DNA from: Chiloscyllium plagiosum
Lineage: Eukaryota
Direction: 5' to 3'
NCBI RefSeq assembly: GCF_004010195.1
Contig: NC_057718.1
Span: forward strand, 70,167,382 to 70,231,381
Length of the DNA stretch: 64,000 bases
Shown here: positions 37,695 to 51,010 of the stretch, one piece after another
Numbering within the stretch: position 1 is the first letter of the stretch
Layout: every line of letters begins with the position of its first letter
Notes under the pieces: generated by a model
What the model was told of the DNA's origin: nothing
Seen by the model: the letters and a program-made list of their open reading frames with translations, nothing else
Database searches by the model: none
Program-made: the position numbers and the translations under genes

Positions 37695-38341
37695 TTGGGA
37701 GAGTGGTCCAGGAAATGGCTGATGGAATTCAATGTGAGCAAATGCGAGGTCTTGCACTTTGGAAAAAAGAATACAAGCATGGACTACTTTCTAAACGGTG
37801 AGTAAATTCATAAAGACACCACAGGAAGGACATACTGGCACTGGAGCGTGTCCAGCGGAGATTCACACGGATGATCCCTGGAATGGTAGGTCTAACATAC
37901 GATGAACGGCTGAGGATCCTGAGATTGTATTCATTGGAGTTTAGAAGATTAAGGGGAGATCTAATAGAAACTTACAAGATAACACATGGCTTAGAATGGG
38001 TGGACGCTAGGAAATTGTTTCTGTTAGGCGAAGAGACTAGGACCCATGGACACAGCCTTAGAATTAGAGGAGGTAAATTCAGAACAGAAATGCGGAGACA
38101 TTTCTTCAACTTTCTCAGAGAGTGGTGGGCCTGTGGAATTCATTGCCGCAGAGTGCAGTGGAGGCTGGGACGCTAAATGTCTTCAAGGCAGAGATTGATA
38201 AATTCTTGATGTCACATGGAATTAAGGGCTACGGGGAGAATGCAGGTAAGTGGAGTTGAAATGCCCATCAGCCATGGCGGAGTGGACTCGATGGGCTGAA
38301 TGGCCTTACTTCCACTCCTATGTCTTATGGTCTTATGGTCT
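37695..38341 (+). mobile_element. CR1 3' fragment with internal deletion
   Basis: LYSLEFRRLRGDLIETYKI..TRTHGHSLRIRGGKFRTEMRRHFF; (TGGTCTTA)n tail. Confidence 0.9.
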
Positions 38342-39840
38342 AATATTTTAAATGTTGCTGACTCAGCTTACTGAGGGACAGTTATCAGTCTGAAGCTTGA
38401 ACTGAGAGTCCAGTGGTGTTGATTACTTTTAAAGCTTATAATTACTCATCTCAGCTTTTTTTGGCTCTAATGAAGAGAAGGTTTGTTGAAACCAAATGAT
38501 CAGAAACTTTGCACACAGTCAGGAAGGGGAGATCAGAGTGAGGCACAACTGAGGGAACATTTAAATAACTCCAAAGATGCTGGCATCCTATCACCAAACC
38601 AACCTTAGTCTACATCTGCACTTCACATGGGCTCTCACCAGACAGCTCAGAGCCAGTCTCCAGAATGAGGGGACTCTGAACCTCCTGTTTACATCTGTCA
38701 TCCAGGGCTTCCTGATTAATCCAAGTTAATAACCACAATCAAAGATTGCATCATTAATGAGATCTACCTGGCTCTCGTTCAAATCACTACATTCTTTCTC
38801 CCCAGATCCTGGGATGCAGGACCATTTTTTTTTGTAGCCACACCTAGGACATTTTTTGCCCCAGGTCTGGTTCCTCCAACTTGGAGCTGAACATGGGTGG
38901 TGTGTACTGGACTGTAGCCAGTCTCACGCACCCAGAACGTTTCAGGAGAGATTCCTTCTCTTGTACAGGTAATAATGGTAGAGGCTGCATCCATCTCAGA
39001 CTCTGAAGTTTCTTCGAGCTGAACGGAAGGGTCAAACCCACAGCTTCTGATTGCCTTTCAGGCTGTTCTGAGGGGCTCAGTATGTTTTTCTCCTGCCTGA
39101 TTTGCAAGGTAGCAGATTCATGTGATCCATATGTTTGTTCACGATCCAAATATTATATGTCACAGGACTCTACTTTGCATTAACCTCACCTTGTACCCGT
39201 GCAGGGCCATCTCGATGGTTTCAACACCAAACTTCGTCCCCTGAAGTAAACTGTCTTGCTGAGAGGAGACACGTAGCCAGTATAGTGTCCCTGCTGCCAT
39301 TTCACCCAGTAGGAGGCAGTTTAAGGCATCTGCATTTGCAACTTTGCCTCCTGGACGGTTTTCCAACTTATACACAATGAGAATAAGGGTCGACCACTGA
39401 ATTCGACCAGAAGCTGTAGACAGCATGGACTTTTCTTTTTAGGTAGACTTAGCAGGGGCTTGTGGTCCATGATTACTACAAACTTACATCTGCAAAAGGT
39501 ATTAATGGAACTTTCTTGCACTAAAGATATCTGCCAAACCTTCCTTCTCTATCTGCATATGTCTTCATTCATCATTAGCCAAAGTCCAAGAAGCATATGC
39601 TATTGGGTGTTCTTCCTCGTTGGACCACCGGTGAGCCACCAGTACCCCAATATCATATGGGAAGGCAATGCACGTCAGCACAACCTCTTACTTGAGATTA
39701 TAGTGCGCCAATACCTTAGATGACAATAGCTGCTTTCTCACTTCCCTAAAAGCTACTTCCTGGCTACGTGAACATTTCCAAGGCTGATCTTTTTTAATAG
39801 CAGGTGTAAGGATGCCAAGATGCAGGCAAGGTTACGTATA

Positions 39841-42520
39841 TAGAACATAGAACATAGAAGAATACAGCGCAGTACAGGCCCTTTGGCCCTCGATGTTGCG
39901 CCGATCCAAGCCCACCTAACCTATACTAACCCACTATCTCCCTCCATATACCTATCCAATGCCCACTTAAATGCCCATAAAGAGGGAGAGTCCACCACTG
40001 CTACTGGCAGGGCATTCCATGAACTTACGACTCGCTGAGTGAAGAACCTACCCCTAACTTCAGTCCTTATCTACCCCCCCTTAATTTAAAGCTATGCCCC
40101 CTCGTAATAGCTGACTCCATACGNNNNNNNNNNNNNNNNNNNNNNNNNNNNNNNNNNNNNNNNNNNNNNNNNNNNNNNNNNNNNNNNNNNNNNNNNNNNN
40201 NNNNNNNNNNNNNNNNNNNNNNNNNNNNNNNNNNNNNNNNNNNNNNNNNNNNNNNNNNNNNNNNNNNNNNNNNNNNNNNNNNNNNNNNNNNNNNNNNNNN
40301 NNNNNNNNNNNNNNNNNNNNNNNNNNNNNNNNNNNNNNNNNNNNNNNNNNNNNNNNNNNNNNNNNNNNNNNNNNNNNNNNNNNNNNNNNNNNNNNNNNNN
40401 NNNNNNNNNNNNNNNNNNNNNNNNNNNNNNNNNNNNNNNNNNNNNNNNNNNNNNNNNNNNNNNNNNNNNNNNNNNNNNNNNNNNNNNNNNNNNNNNNNNN
40501 NNNNNNNNNNNNNNNNNNNNNNNNNNNNNNNNNNNNNNNNNNNNNNNNNNNNNNNNNNNNNNNNNNNNNNNNNNNNNNNNNNNNNNNNNNNNNNNNNNNN
40601 NNNNNNNNNNNNNNNNNNNNNNNNNNNNNNNNNNNNNNNNNNNNNNNNNNNNNNNNNNNNNNNNNNNNNNNNNNNNNNNNNNNNNNNNNNNNNNNNNNNN
40701 NNNNNNNNNNNNNNNNNNNNNNNNNNNNNNNNNNNNNNNNNNNNNNNNNNNNNNNNNNNNNNNNNNNNNNNNNNNNNNNNNNNNNNNNNNNNNNNNNNNN
40801 NNNNNNNNNNNNNNNNNNNNNNNNNNNNNNNNNNNNNNNNNNNNNNNNNNNNNNNNNNNNNNNNNNNNNNNNNNNNNNNNNNNNNNNNNNNNNNNNNNNN
40901 NNNNNNNNNNNNNNNNNNNNNNNNNNNNNNNNNNNNNNNNNAAATGACAAACAGCAATGGTCCTAAAACAGATCCTTGCGGAACACCGCTAGTGACGGCA
41001 CTCCAAGATTAACCTTTGCCATCAACTACTACCCTCTGTCTTCTTCCATCCAGCCAATTCCTAATCCAAACCTCCAACTCACCCTCAATGCCATATCTCC
41101 GTATTTTTTGCAGTAGTCTACCATGGGGAACCTTATCAAACGCCTTACTAAAATCCATATATACCACATCTACCGCTTTCCCCTCATCAACCTCCTTCGT
41201 CACCTTTTCAAAGAATTCAATAAGGTTTGTGAGGCACGACCTTCCCTTCACAAAACCATGCTGACTATCCTTGATCACATTATTCCTATCTAGATGTGCA
41301 TAAATCCTATCCCTTACAATTCTCTCTAAGACTTTGCCCACAACGGAAGTGAGACTCACCGGCCTATAGTTACTAGGGCTATCCCTACTCCCCTTTTTGA
41401 ACAAGGGAGCCACATTTGCTATCCTCCAGTCTTCTGGGACTACTCCTGTAGACAAAGAGGACATAAAAATCAAGGCCAATGGCTCTGCAATCTCCTCCCT
41501 TGCTTCCCAGAGAATCCTAGGATAAATGCCATCAGGCCCAGGGGACTTATCTATTTTCACCTTTTCCAGGATTTCCAACACCTCTTCTCTACATACCTCA
41601 AAGCCATCCCTTCTACTTATTTGTGCCTCAGTATTTTCATCGACAACAATGCCCTGTTCCTGAGTGAATACTGAAGAAAAGTATTCATTCAGTGTCTCTC
41701 CAATCTCTTCCGCCTCCACACGCAACTTCCCCCTACTATCCTTGACTGGACCTATTCCTACCCTAGTCATTCTTTTATTCCTAACATACCTATAGAAAGC
41801 CTTAGGGTTTTCCCTAATCCTATCTACTAAGGACCTTTCATGTCCCCTCCTTGCTGCTTTTAGCTCTCTCTTCAGGTCCTTCCTGGCTACCCTATAACTC
41901 TCAATCGCCCTAATTGAACCTTCACGTCTCATCTTGAGATAGGCCGCCCTCTTCCATTTAACAAGGGATTCCAATTCCTTATTAAACCACGGCTCCCTCG
42001 CATGACCCTTTCCTCCCTGCCTGACAGGTACATAATTATCAAGGACACTCAGTAGTTGCCCCTTGAACAAGTTCCACATATCATTTACACTCTTGCCTTG
42101 GAGTCTACTTTTCCAAGCCACACATCCTAAGTCATGCCTCACCGCATCATAATTTCCCTGATCCCAGCTATAACTCTTGCCCTGTAGTACACACTTATCC
42201 CTCTCCATCACGAGAGTAAAAATCACTGAATTATGGTCACTATCCCCAAAGTTCTCACCTACCTCTAATTCTAACACCTGGCCTGGTTCGTTACCCAGAA
42301 CCAAATCCAGTATGGCCTCACCTCTTGTTGGCCTGTCTACATATTGTGTCAGGAAACTCTCCTGCACACATTGAACAAACACTGACCCAACTAACGAACT
42401 TGAGCTATAGCTTTCCCAATCAATATCAGGAAAGTTAAAGTCCCCCATAACAACCACCCTATTACTGTCACTCATCTCCTGAATCACCTTCCCTATCCTT
42501 TCTTCAATGATTCTAGGACT
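39841..42520 (-). mobile_element. Young 5'-truncated CR1/HER1 LINE inserted in the Gypsy pol region; spans the gap
   Basis: 492-aa uninterrupted ORF 41009-42487 with APE end (MGDFN, LDLVL, SDH) and RT (KSPGPDG, NYRPVSLTS, QHGF, DFSKAFDKV); 3' tail at 39841. Confidence 0.97.
40124..40941. other. Assembly gap (818 N)
   Basis: Run of N. Confidence 1.
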
Positions 42521-45500
42521 ATTAGGAGTATGAATTTCATATTTAATTCATCAAGCCTCAGAAAGACCTGAGCTCTGGTACAAATGTGGGAGCCAGGGCA
42601 CCTTTTATCACCTTCACATGTCTTCCAAAGGGTGAAACCTGGTCTTGTAAACTGTAGCCCAAGTAGGTCACTTGGCATGCCTGGAACACATTTTTCCCTT
42701 CTAAGACATATGCCCAACTGCGCTAAGCATTTAAGCACTATTTCTAAATTCTCCAAGTGCTTTTTATTGTATTCCCTGTTATTGGAATGTCATCCAGATA
42801 AATGACAACCTGGGGTAGCCCTTGTAAAATCTTCTCCAAGGTTCACCGGAAAAGGACGCAGCTACTGATACCCCAAATAGCAGTCTTGTATATTGGTACA
42901 AACACTTATTGGTATGAACTGTGGCATACTTACGGGACTCATCTAGTCACTATTGCAAATACAGAAGACTCATGTCCAGCTTTGTGAAGGACAGCCTCCC
43001 CCAGTTTTGTGTACAAGTCTTCTATGCAAGGGATTGGGTATTTTTCCCACGGTTTCACATTCGCTTAAAATCCCCACAAAAGCAAACCGAGCCATCAGGT
43101 TTCACAATCAATAGAGAGCTGTACTGGTTTGATGATTCCTCCTTTCCAGCCTCCTGATTTCTATCTCTACGTTTGCTTATAAGGCAAATGGCCCTGGGCT
43201 GGCTTTGCAAAAATCACAATTGCTTCCTGGTCAACATGTAAGGTGGCCATGGCTCCTTAGATAGTCCCTAGACCTTCCTGAAAAATGTCTGGGTATTTAA
43301 TTAGGACTTCACTCAAGCAGCCTTTTTAATCAAAAACCGTTGAACCAATCAAGGTAAATCTTAATCAATTCTGTCCCATCAAGCTTGGGTCGAAGCATTT
43401 TACTACAATCAGTGATAACTTGTATCAACTACTTCTCATTGGAGGCCGGAACCAAAATCATGCTCTTAAACTGTAATGGGTTCCTAATATAGATTCTCAG
43501 CCTGGCCAAACTTAAGGGTTGGAGTCCAGAGTGAATCTAGTTGAATAAAACCCAAAAGAACTGTGGACATTGGAATACTGAAACAAACAAATGGCTGGAA
43601 AAGCGCATCAGGTCTGACAACATCTGTGAAGAGTAATCAGACTTAACGTGTTGGGTTGAGTGACCCTTCCTCAGTACCTGGTGAGCTTTTCCAACCTTTT
43701 CGGTTTTCAAATCTTGAAAAATACTGCTTCTGCAATCACTGAAACAGCTGCATAGGTATTTGACCCCCATTAAAACCAGGTGACCATTTAACCAGACATT
43801 TTTTGACTGGCTCTGATTTGGATGAAACTTAGCAATTTAACTGAGCCAAACCACATGTAGATAGACTTTTATGGGTACGGATTCACCTGGATACCAACCT
43901 GTGAGCTCTCCGACTCAAGTCAGGCCTCAAAGGCCTCCTTTGAAATGTCCAGTTGGCATACTGACAGCAACCACAATGGCTTGCCACATCCTGAAAAGCA
44001 TTTTAAACACTCAGCCAAGCTTTGGTTTTGTTTTCTGGTTTTGCTATGAGCTGGTCCAGAGTCCCTCTGCTCTTGATATGTCCTGCATGAGAATATGCAA
44101 TTGCCTACACTCAAGCTCAGTCATTCTGGTGAAAGAGTCCACTTCCGCTGGGATCCCCTGTAGCTCACATTCTTCACTTGCCACATTCTCTAATGTCAAT
44201 GCCAGTTGTCGTGCTTGTTTGAAGTCCAGTTGGGTTTCAGCTAGTAGGCACTTTTGCATGATTACGTCATTAATCCCACATATAATCAAATAGTCTCACA
44301 GCATTTCATTCAGGATTAGCCCAAAATAACATGCCTCTGCTAATTGTCTTAACTTGTCAAACATCCCAATATGGATGCTCCTAGTTCTTCAACTGCCAAA
44401 TAAACCAATAGCACCTCAGAATTAGAGGAGGCTTGGTGTCATAATAATTCATCAATTCTTGAAAAGTTTTAGTAGCTGGTGCCTCAGGGAAAGTTAGGCT
44501 CCTATTAACCAAAAATGCTGTGGGTCTGCAAGCAGTCAGAAGGATTACTTATTGCCTTTCATCTGCCCCCAATGTCATTTGCTTGGAAAAAAATAGTGTA
44601 TCCTTCTACATGCTAGGCCCTTTCTTCAACTGTAGGACTAGACAAGTTAAGCTTTCCAAATAAAGGCAAGATGCCAGAAATGCATTCCTCAGCTCAGAGT
44701 CAACTGGTGCGAGCAAATTTTCTTCAGGACTACTGTTTTCTCTCGTAGCCACTGAATTAATTCCAAGGAAGCAAAAATCCCATCACCAAATCATCCTTTA
44801 TTTACACATACACACAACATGAACTGTAAATACCTTGCTCACAGCCAGTCCCTAGAATGAGGAGACTCTCTGAATCTCCTGTTTAAATCTGTCGGCCAGG
44901 CCTCCTGACTGGCTCTAGTGAATAACGGCAAGCAAGGATTTCATCATCAATGAGGTCCATCTGAGAGGCGAGGTGAGGCAAGGGGAGGGGGCTCTTTTGA
45001 ATTATAAATTGTAAGGTCTTTAATCAAGATAAATTGAAGCCCAGGATCATAGGCCCAGCACAAAGCAGCATTGAGTGACATTACAAGAATACTGTAAGTT
45101 CATTGGTTATTAAAAGCTGCTAATATACTTTCAGGTTAAAGATAAGTGGGATAAATATTTACAGATTAAGAACTAAAGACCAGTGACAATTCCTTTATTT
45201 AAAAAAAACAAATTAAGAACTAAGTAAATAAAATTGAGATGCAAGACAAAATGTTAAGTTGTTCCTGCACGATGTGAGAGTTGGCGGACCCCATTATGAT
45301 TCATGTAACCACGTCTGTCATAAGTGTTAGTTGCTTGAGGAACATCAGCTTAGAGTTGATGAGTTGGAGTCTGAACTTCAAACACTGAGACACATTAGGA
45401 AGGGGGTGAGTTACCTGGACACTGTGTCGGGAGGCAGTCACACCTCTTAGACTAACTACTTCAAATTTGATCAGTGCTCAGGGATAAGAAAATGTGACTA

Positions 45501-46100
45501 TGAGGAGGACAGGTAAAGAGATCTAGGAGGTAGTGCTGCAGGAGATTCAGCCCTTGAGCTTGTCTAACATGTTTGAGTATTGCATAAACATGGATACAGA
45601 ATTGGCTAACTAACAGAAAGCAAAGAGTGGGGATAAATGGGTATTTTTCTGGTTGGCGATCAGTGGCTTGTGATGTGCCTTAGGATTAGTGGAGCTGAGT
45701 CCACGAAAACATTAGTCACGGTCTTATTGAATTGCGGAGTAGGCTGGAGAGACCAGATGATCTATTCCTGCTCCTATTTTTATGTTCTTATGATCTTTTT
45801 CTTGTTCCTTGTGTGGGCAACAATGAGGCTGTAGAGAGGATGAGCAAAGATACAGGGAATCATTCAAGAGGGGGGAGTAAAGAGAAATGTAGTTGTAATT
45901 GGGGTGGTATAGTGAGGGGAATAGACACTGTTCTTGCTGGTCAGAATCAAGAACCTTGAAGGCTATGCTGCCTGCCTAGTGCCCAATTCAGGCTATCTCA
46001 TCTGGGTTGCAGAGGAACATAAATTGTAGGGGAAAGGCCCAGTTGTTATGATCCACTTAGGTACCAGCAATATAGGTAGAAAGAGGAAGGAGATTCTGTT

Positions 46101-46336
46101 GCGTGGATTTCCTCCGAGTGTTCCGGTTTCCTCCCGCAGTCCAAAAATGTGCAGGTTAGATGAACTGGCCATGCTAAATTGCCCGTAGTGTTAGGTGAAG
46201 GGGTAAATGTAGGGGAATGGGTCTGGGTGGGTTGCTCTTTGGAGGGTCGGTGTGGACTTGTTGGGCTGAAGGGCCTGTTTCCACACTGTAAATAATCTAA
46301 TCTGATCTTCTAATCTAATCTAAGTAATCTAATCTA
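46101..46336 (+). mobile_element. 5'-truncated HE1-type SINE
   Basis: V-domain, tail and (TAATC)n end. Confidence 0.88.
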
Positions 46337-47233
46337 AAAATATGGGCAGCTAGGGGCTAACTTGAAAAGCAGAACCAAAAAGATAATAATCTCTGAATCA
46401 CTGAGCCATGTGCTAATTGGCACAGGGTTAAAAAGATTAAAGAGGTAAACATTGGTGTGGAAGAAACATGTTCAAATTTGTGTGATATTTGCACCAGTTG
46501 TAGGATGGAGGGAGTGGTTCCCTTGGGACAGACTCTACCTGAATCATGCTGGAACCAGAGTCCTGGCAAATCGCATAACTAGGGCTGTAGATAGAACTTT
46601 AAGCTAAATAGTTGGAGTTGGGTTCAGTTGCATGGAAAATTATAAAATCAAAGATAAAGGAGAAGGTAAGATTGCAGGCATGATCATTACAAGAACATAA
46701 AAGGAAGGGATAGATTGTGCAAATGTCATATAGGGCAAAGGAACCGTAAAAGTGTTGGGAAATTGGATAATAGAATGAATTTAAACGTATGAAGCATTTG
46801 GAATCAGGAAGATGAACTTAATGCAGGGAAATTAATATGTTCTTACAGCCATTATGGAAACACTGTTACAAGGAGATCAAAACTAGGAGCTTATTTGAGA
46901 GGAGATAGAGAACAGCAAGGGAAAGAAAACCTTGGTAAGAATAGCATACAGACTTTTAAACAATAGTCACGCTGTGGGAAAGACTATAAATCAACAAACA
47001 AAAGGAGCATGTAAAAAGAATAGAGCAATAATTATAGGTGTCCTTAATCTTCAGATTCATTGGGTTAATTTAATTGGAAAGGATAATTATGACAATGAAT
47101 CCATCGAGTGTGTTAGATATAGTATCCAATAGTAATATGTCATGGAGCCAACCAGGGAGCAGGCTATCTTGGATTTGTAAATGTGTAATGAGGCAGGTTT
47201 AATAAATGACCACAGAATAAAAAATCCCCTAGG

Positions 47234-47299
47234 CAACATGGGTGCTGGGGAAAAAATAAGCACTACCGCTGTTAGGCAGTAGTGTGGGGGTAAAACAAA
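47234..47299 (+). mobile_element. Short poly(A)-ended non-LTR retro-insert with a 3' stem-loop
   Basis: 15-bp TSD AAAAAATCCCCTAGG at 47219 and 47300; homologous to the reverse complement of 53545-53584. Confidence 0.8.
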
Positions 47300-48047
47300 A
47301 AAAAATCCCCTAGGACACAGTGATCATAACATAATAGAATTTAATATTCAGTTTGAGGGAGAAACTTGGATTGGAAACTATTGTGTTTAACTTAGATAAA
47401 GGAAATTACAATGAAATGGGGATAAAGTTCACTTAAGTGAACAGGGTGGATAGATTAGCAGAAATGACAATAAGCAAGCAATGGAAGATATTTAAGGTGA
47501 TAATTCTTGACTCTCAGTAAAAATACATCTCAGTAAGAAAGGGAAAAACCAACCATGGCTAACTAACGTACTTAAGGAGAATATGACGTTGAAAGAAAAT
47601 GTATATAAGGAGGCCAAAGTTAGGGATAAATATGGAATTGAGCAATGAAGGACCAAAAAGATAATAAAGACAGAGACAATAAATTATGAGGGCACTAGTA
47701 AGGAATACAAAAACAAACTATAAGAGCATTTTAAAAAATATAAAAAGAAAGAGCTCAAAGTGAACATAGTCCCCCTAGAAAATGAATTTGTGGAACAACG
47801 AAATGCAGAGGAGTTGAACAGATCTTCTGCATCAGTCTTTACAATGGAAGATATTTCAAACATCCCATTAATACAAAAGAATACAGAAGGATTTGAATAC
47901 CATCACCATCACCTGAGAAGGAGTATTAGACAAACTAATTGAACTAGAGGTAGGTAAGTCCTCTGGCCCTGATAGTCTACATCCAAGGATCGTAAAGTGG
48001 AGGTAGGACATGATATTGGTTTGCTCTCAGCAACATGGAGGTCCAGA

Positions 48048-50345
48048 CTAACACAGCCCCTCATTTGTCAGCAGGTTTGATGGTGAAATGTGAATTGGTG
48101 CATATTCAGAGGGGGTGAGGTTGGAGTGGGTGAGGGGGGGTGGAGAAATCAAAGTGGTTGATGTCATATCAGAAGTCAGCAATAAAGAGGTCCAGGGTGG
48201 GAAAGAGGTCAGGAGGGAGTGTCCAAAAGGAGGAGGAAGGTTGGAGACAGGTAAAGGGGTCTTTGGAAGATGATTGAGAGTCTTTGACAAGGAAGAAATC
48301 ATGGTGGCGGAAGCAGTGGAAGAAGACCTCTACATCAAGGTGGGCATGGAACTCGTTGGGGTCGGGGTTGAGGGGCACAAGCGTGAGCCCTTTACTAAGG
48401 ATAGAATGTTTGGCCTCAGAGTTCGATGTCAGGGAGAATGGTGAAGGATCAAGGGGTAGGATTTTGGGGTGGGGATCTAGAGGAGACTCAAGGTGGAGAG
48501 GGGGTAGGGCAATAGCATGTGATAGGTGAGGGTTAGACATGGTGCAGTGGGGGCACTTCCCACCTACATCTGGGACACAAACCATGCCTTCCATCTCTTC
48601 AGAAACTTCCAGTTCCCCAGCCCCAGTGCTTCATCATCATTATGGACATGTAGTCCTTATACATGTCCATATTCAACAAATGTGTAGGCCCTCAGCTTTT
48701 TTCTCTCCAAAGGACCCTCCAGACCCTTCTCCTTCTAGTACCCTCCTCCGCCTTGCCAAATTAGTCCTCATCCTCAATACATTTTCCTTCGACTCTTCCC
48801 ATTTCCTCCAAATCCAGGAGATGACTGTGGGCACTCGCATGGACCCTAGCTATGCCCGTCTCTTTGTTGGTCATGCCAAAGAGTCCCTTTTCATTACATA
48901 CACTGGTACTGTTCCCCAACTCTTCTGCCATTACATTGATGACTGCATCAGTGCTCATCCTGTGCCCAGGCTGAACTGAAGCAGTTCAGTGACTTCAGCA
49001 ATAACTTCCACCCTGCCTTCAAATTCACTTGGTTTATTTTGGACACATCCCTCTTCCCTTTGACATCTCCACTTCCAGCTCTGGTTGCAGTTTACATACC
49101 GACATTTACTATAAACCCACAGACTCCCATAACTACCTGAACTATACCTCCTCCCATCACATATCCTGAAAAACTCCATCCTGTTTTCCCAATTCCTCTG
49201 CCTCCATTGCATTTGCTCTGATGAGGTAGACGTTCCATTCCCAAGCATTCGAGATGTCCACCTATGTTAAACAATACCTTTCTCCCCCCTCTGTCACCCA
49301 GACAGCCCTCCACCACACCTCTTCCATTCCCTGCTCCACTGCTCAAAACTACATCCCAACAAAAATAAAAAGACAGGGTTCCCCTTGTCCTCACCTTCCA
49401 CCCCACCAGCCTCTGCATCCAATATATCATCCTCAAAAACTTCCATCAACTCCAATTAGACCCCACCAACAACAACATCCTCCCCTCCCTACTGATTTCT
49501 GCCTTCTGCAAGGACCATTCCCTTTGTCACTCCTTGGATAGTGCCACACTCCCCACCAACACTCTCCACCAGTACCTTGCCCTGCAACTGTAAAAGATTC
49601 AAACCTGCCAGCATACCACCTCCCTCACCTCTATCCAGAGACCCCAAACAGTCTTTCCAGGTGAAACAGAGGTTCACCTCCATCCCCTCCAACCTTGACT
49701 TACTGTATCCAGTGCTCCCGATTAGGTCTTTTCTACCTCAATGAGACCAAATATAAACCAAGGGAACATTTCACCCAGCTTCTCAGCCAGACCCGAAAGG
49801 GCCAGTCTGAACTCCTGTTCACCGCCAATTTCAATTCCCCTTTCCATTCCCTCTCGGACATGAGCATCCTTAGCCTTCTCCATTGCCACAGTGAAACAGA
49901 CCACAAATTGGAGGAACAACATCTTATTTTCTGCCTGTGCAGCCTACTGCCCAAAGGACTCAACATTGGGAATGGAACGTCTCTAATTTCAAATAACCTT
50001 CCCACCCATACTCCAACTCCCTTTCCTGTCCTGCCTCCTCCCTTCCATTCCACCTACTGATCCTTCCTTCCAGATACCAAGCAAATTCCTTCCTCCCATC
50101 GACCAATCAGGTCATACCCACTACCTGTGTTCACCTATCACTACTTCATCATTCCACCCCTCTTCCCACCCAAACCACCACCTTCCCCTTTATCTGCAGC
50201 ACCCCCTAACTGACCTCCATTCCTGAAGAAGGATTATACCTGTAATGTTGACTTCTCCACCTCGTGATGCTACCTGGCTTGTTGTGTTCTTCTAGCCTTC
50301 TGCTTTTCCACTTTGGATTCCAGCATTCACAATTTTTTTTGTCAT
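48048..50345 (+). mobile_element. Decayed Penelope-like element (RT plus GIY-YIG) with an inverted 5' segment (48048-48545)
   Basis: FLQIQEMTVGTRMDPSYARLFVG..HYIDDCI RT; YCIQCSRLGLFYLNETK..KLEEQHLIFCL..PKGLN endonuclease; LSKGLTLVP N-terminal block on the minus strand. Confidence 0.85.
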
Positions 50346-51010
50346 TAACTGAAGAGAAAAAAAGAGGTCAGAGTTACAGTAGAGAGCGAGATTAAAATAG
50401 CAAGTGTCGGGAAGCTCATGGTCCCACTCTCAGAGAAAAGTGAGGTGTTCCACAAAATGACCAGCCAGACTGAATTTAATCCATCCCAGTGGAGTATATA
50501 AAATTGAAAGTAGAACTAGAAAATTGCCTCTTAAACTGGATGAATTTAGTGTCTGATCTATGATGGAAAAGGACAAGGCAAAGGACACTTTGCCTTCTCT
50601 TGCACCTGCATAGGAAGTTGCCAGGAGTGGTTGATTGGAGGCAACTGAAGAATGGACTAGGGTATTGTGGAGTGAGTAGCCCTTTTGGAATGCTGAAAGG
50701 GGATAAATTATATTGGGTGGTTTCACTGTACTTGGAATGATGAATATATGGACTACTGAGATGGAAGGTGAGCCCCATCATTATTTGGAATAGAGTTGAA
50801 AGAATGAGAGCATTAGAGTTGGAACTTGGACAGTCAAAATGAAGAGCTGAGTCAATCACGATTGAGGGAGCCCAGGTACACATATTGCCAGCACTGGTAT
50901 GAAGGTAGTATCACTAGAACAGATGCAATGGAAATAGACAATTTCGGAAAATGGAATTGAGTCTTTACAGGATGCAGGGATGGAGGATGTGAAGTCAAGG
51001 TTGTTGTAGG

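Larger units (their letters stand above)
38561..44963 (-). mobile_element. Mag-type Ty3/Gypsy LTR retrotransposon, decayed (3' LTR 38561-38791, truncated 5' LTR 44753-44963)
   Basis: PPT GGGGAGAAAGAA next to TGTAGTGA; PBS-like GTGGCTACGAG (compare TGGCGACGAG); gag IICGINDVIMQKCLLAETQLDFKQARQLA; RT ENLEIVL..GICLRREKC; RNase H DHKPLLSL and ANADAL. Confidence 0.85.
44964..47995 (+). mobile_element. Old CR1 5' half (ORF1 Cys/coiled-coil and esterase, APE, start of RT), heavily decayed
   Basis: HVCHKC.LLEEHQLRVDELESELQTLRHIR, IHLGTSNIGR, AILDL, SDHNIIEF and KSSGPD motifs with stops. Confidence 0.75.

Noticed and set aside
40067..40957. 296-aa and 289-aa ORFs in the track
   Set aside because: Artefacts of translating through the N gap.
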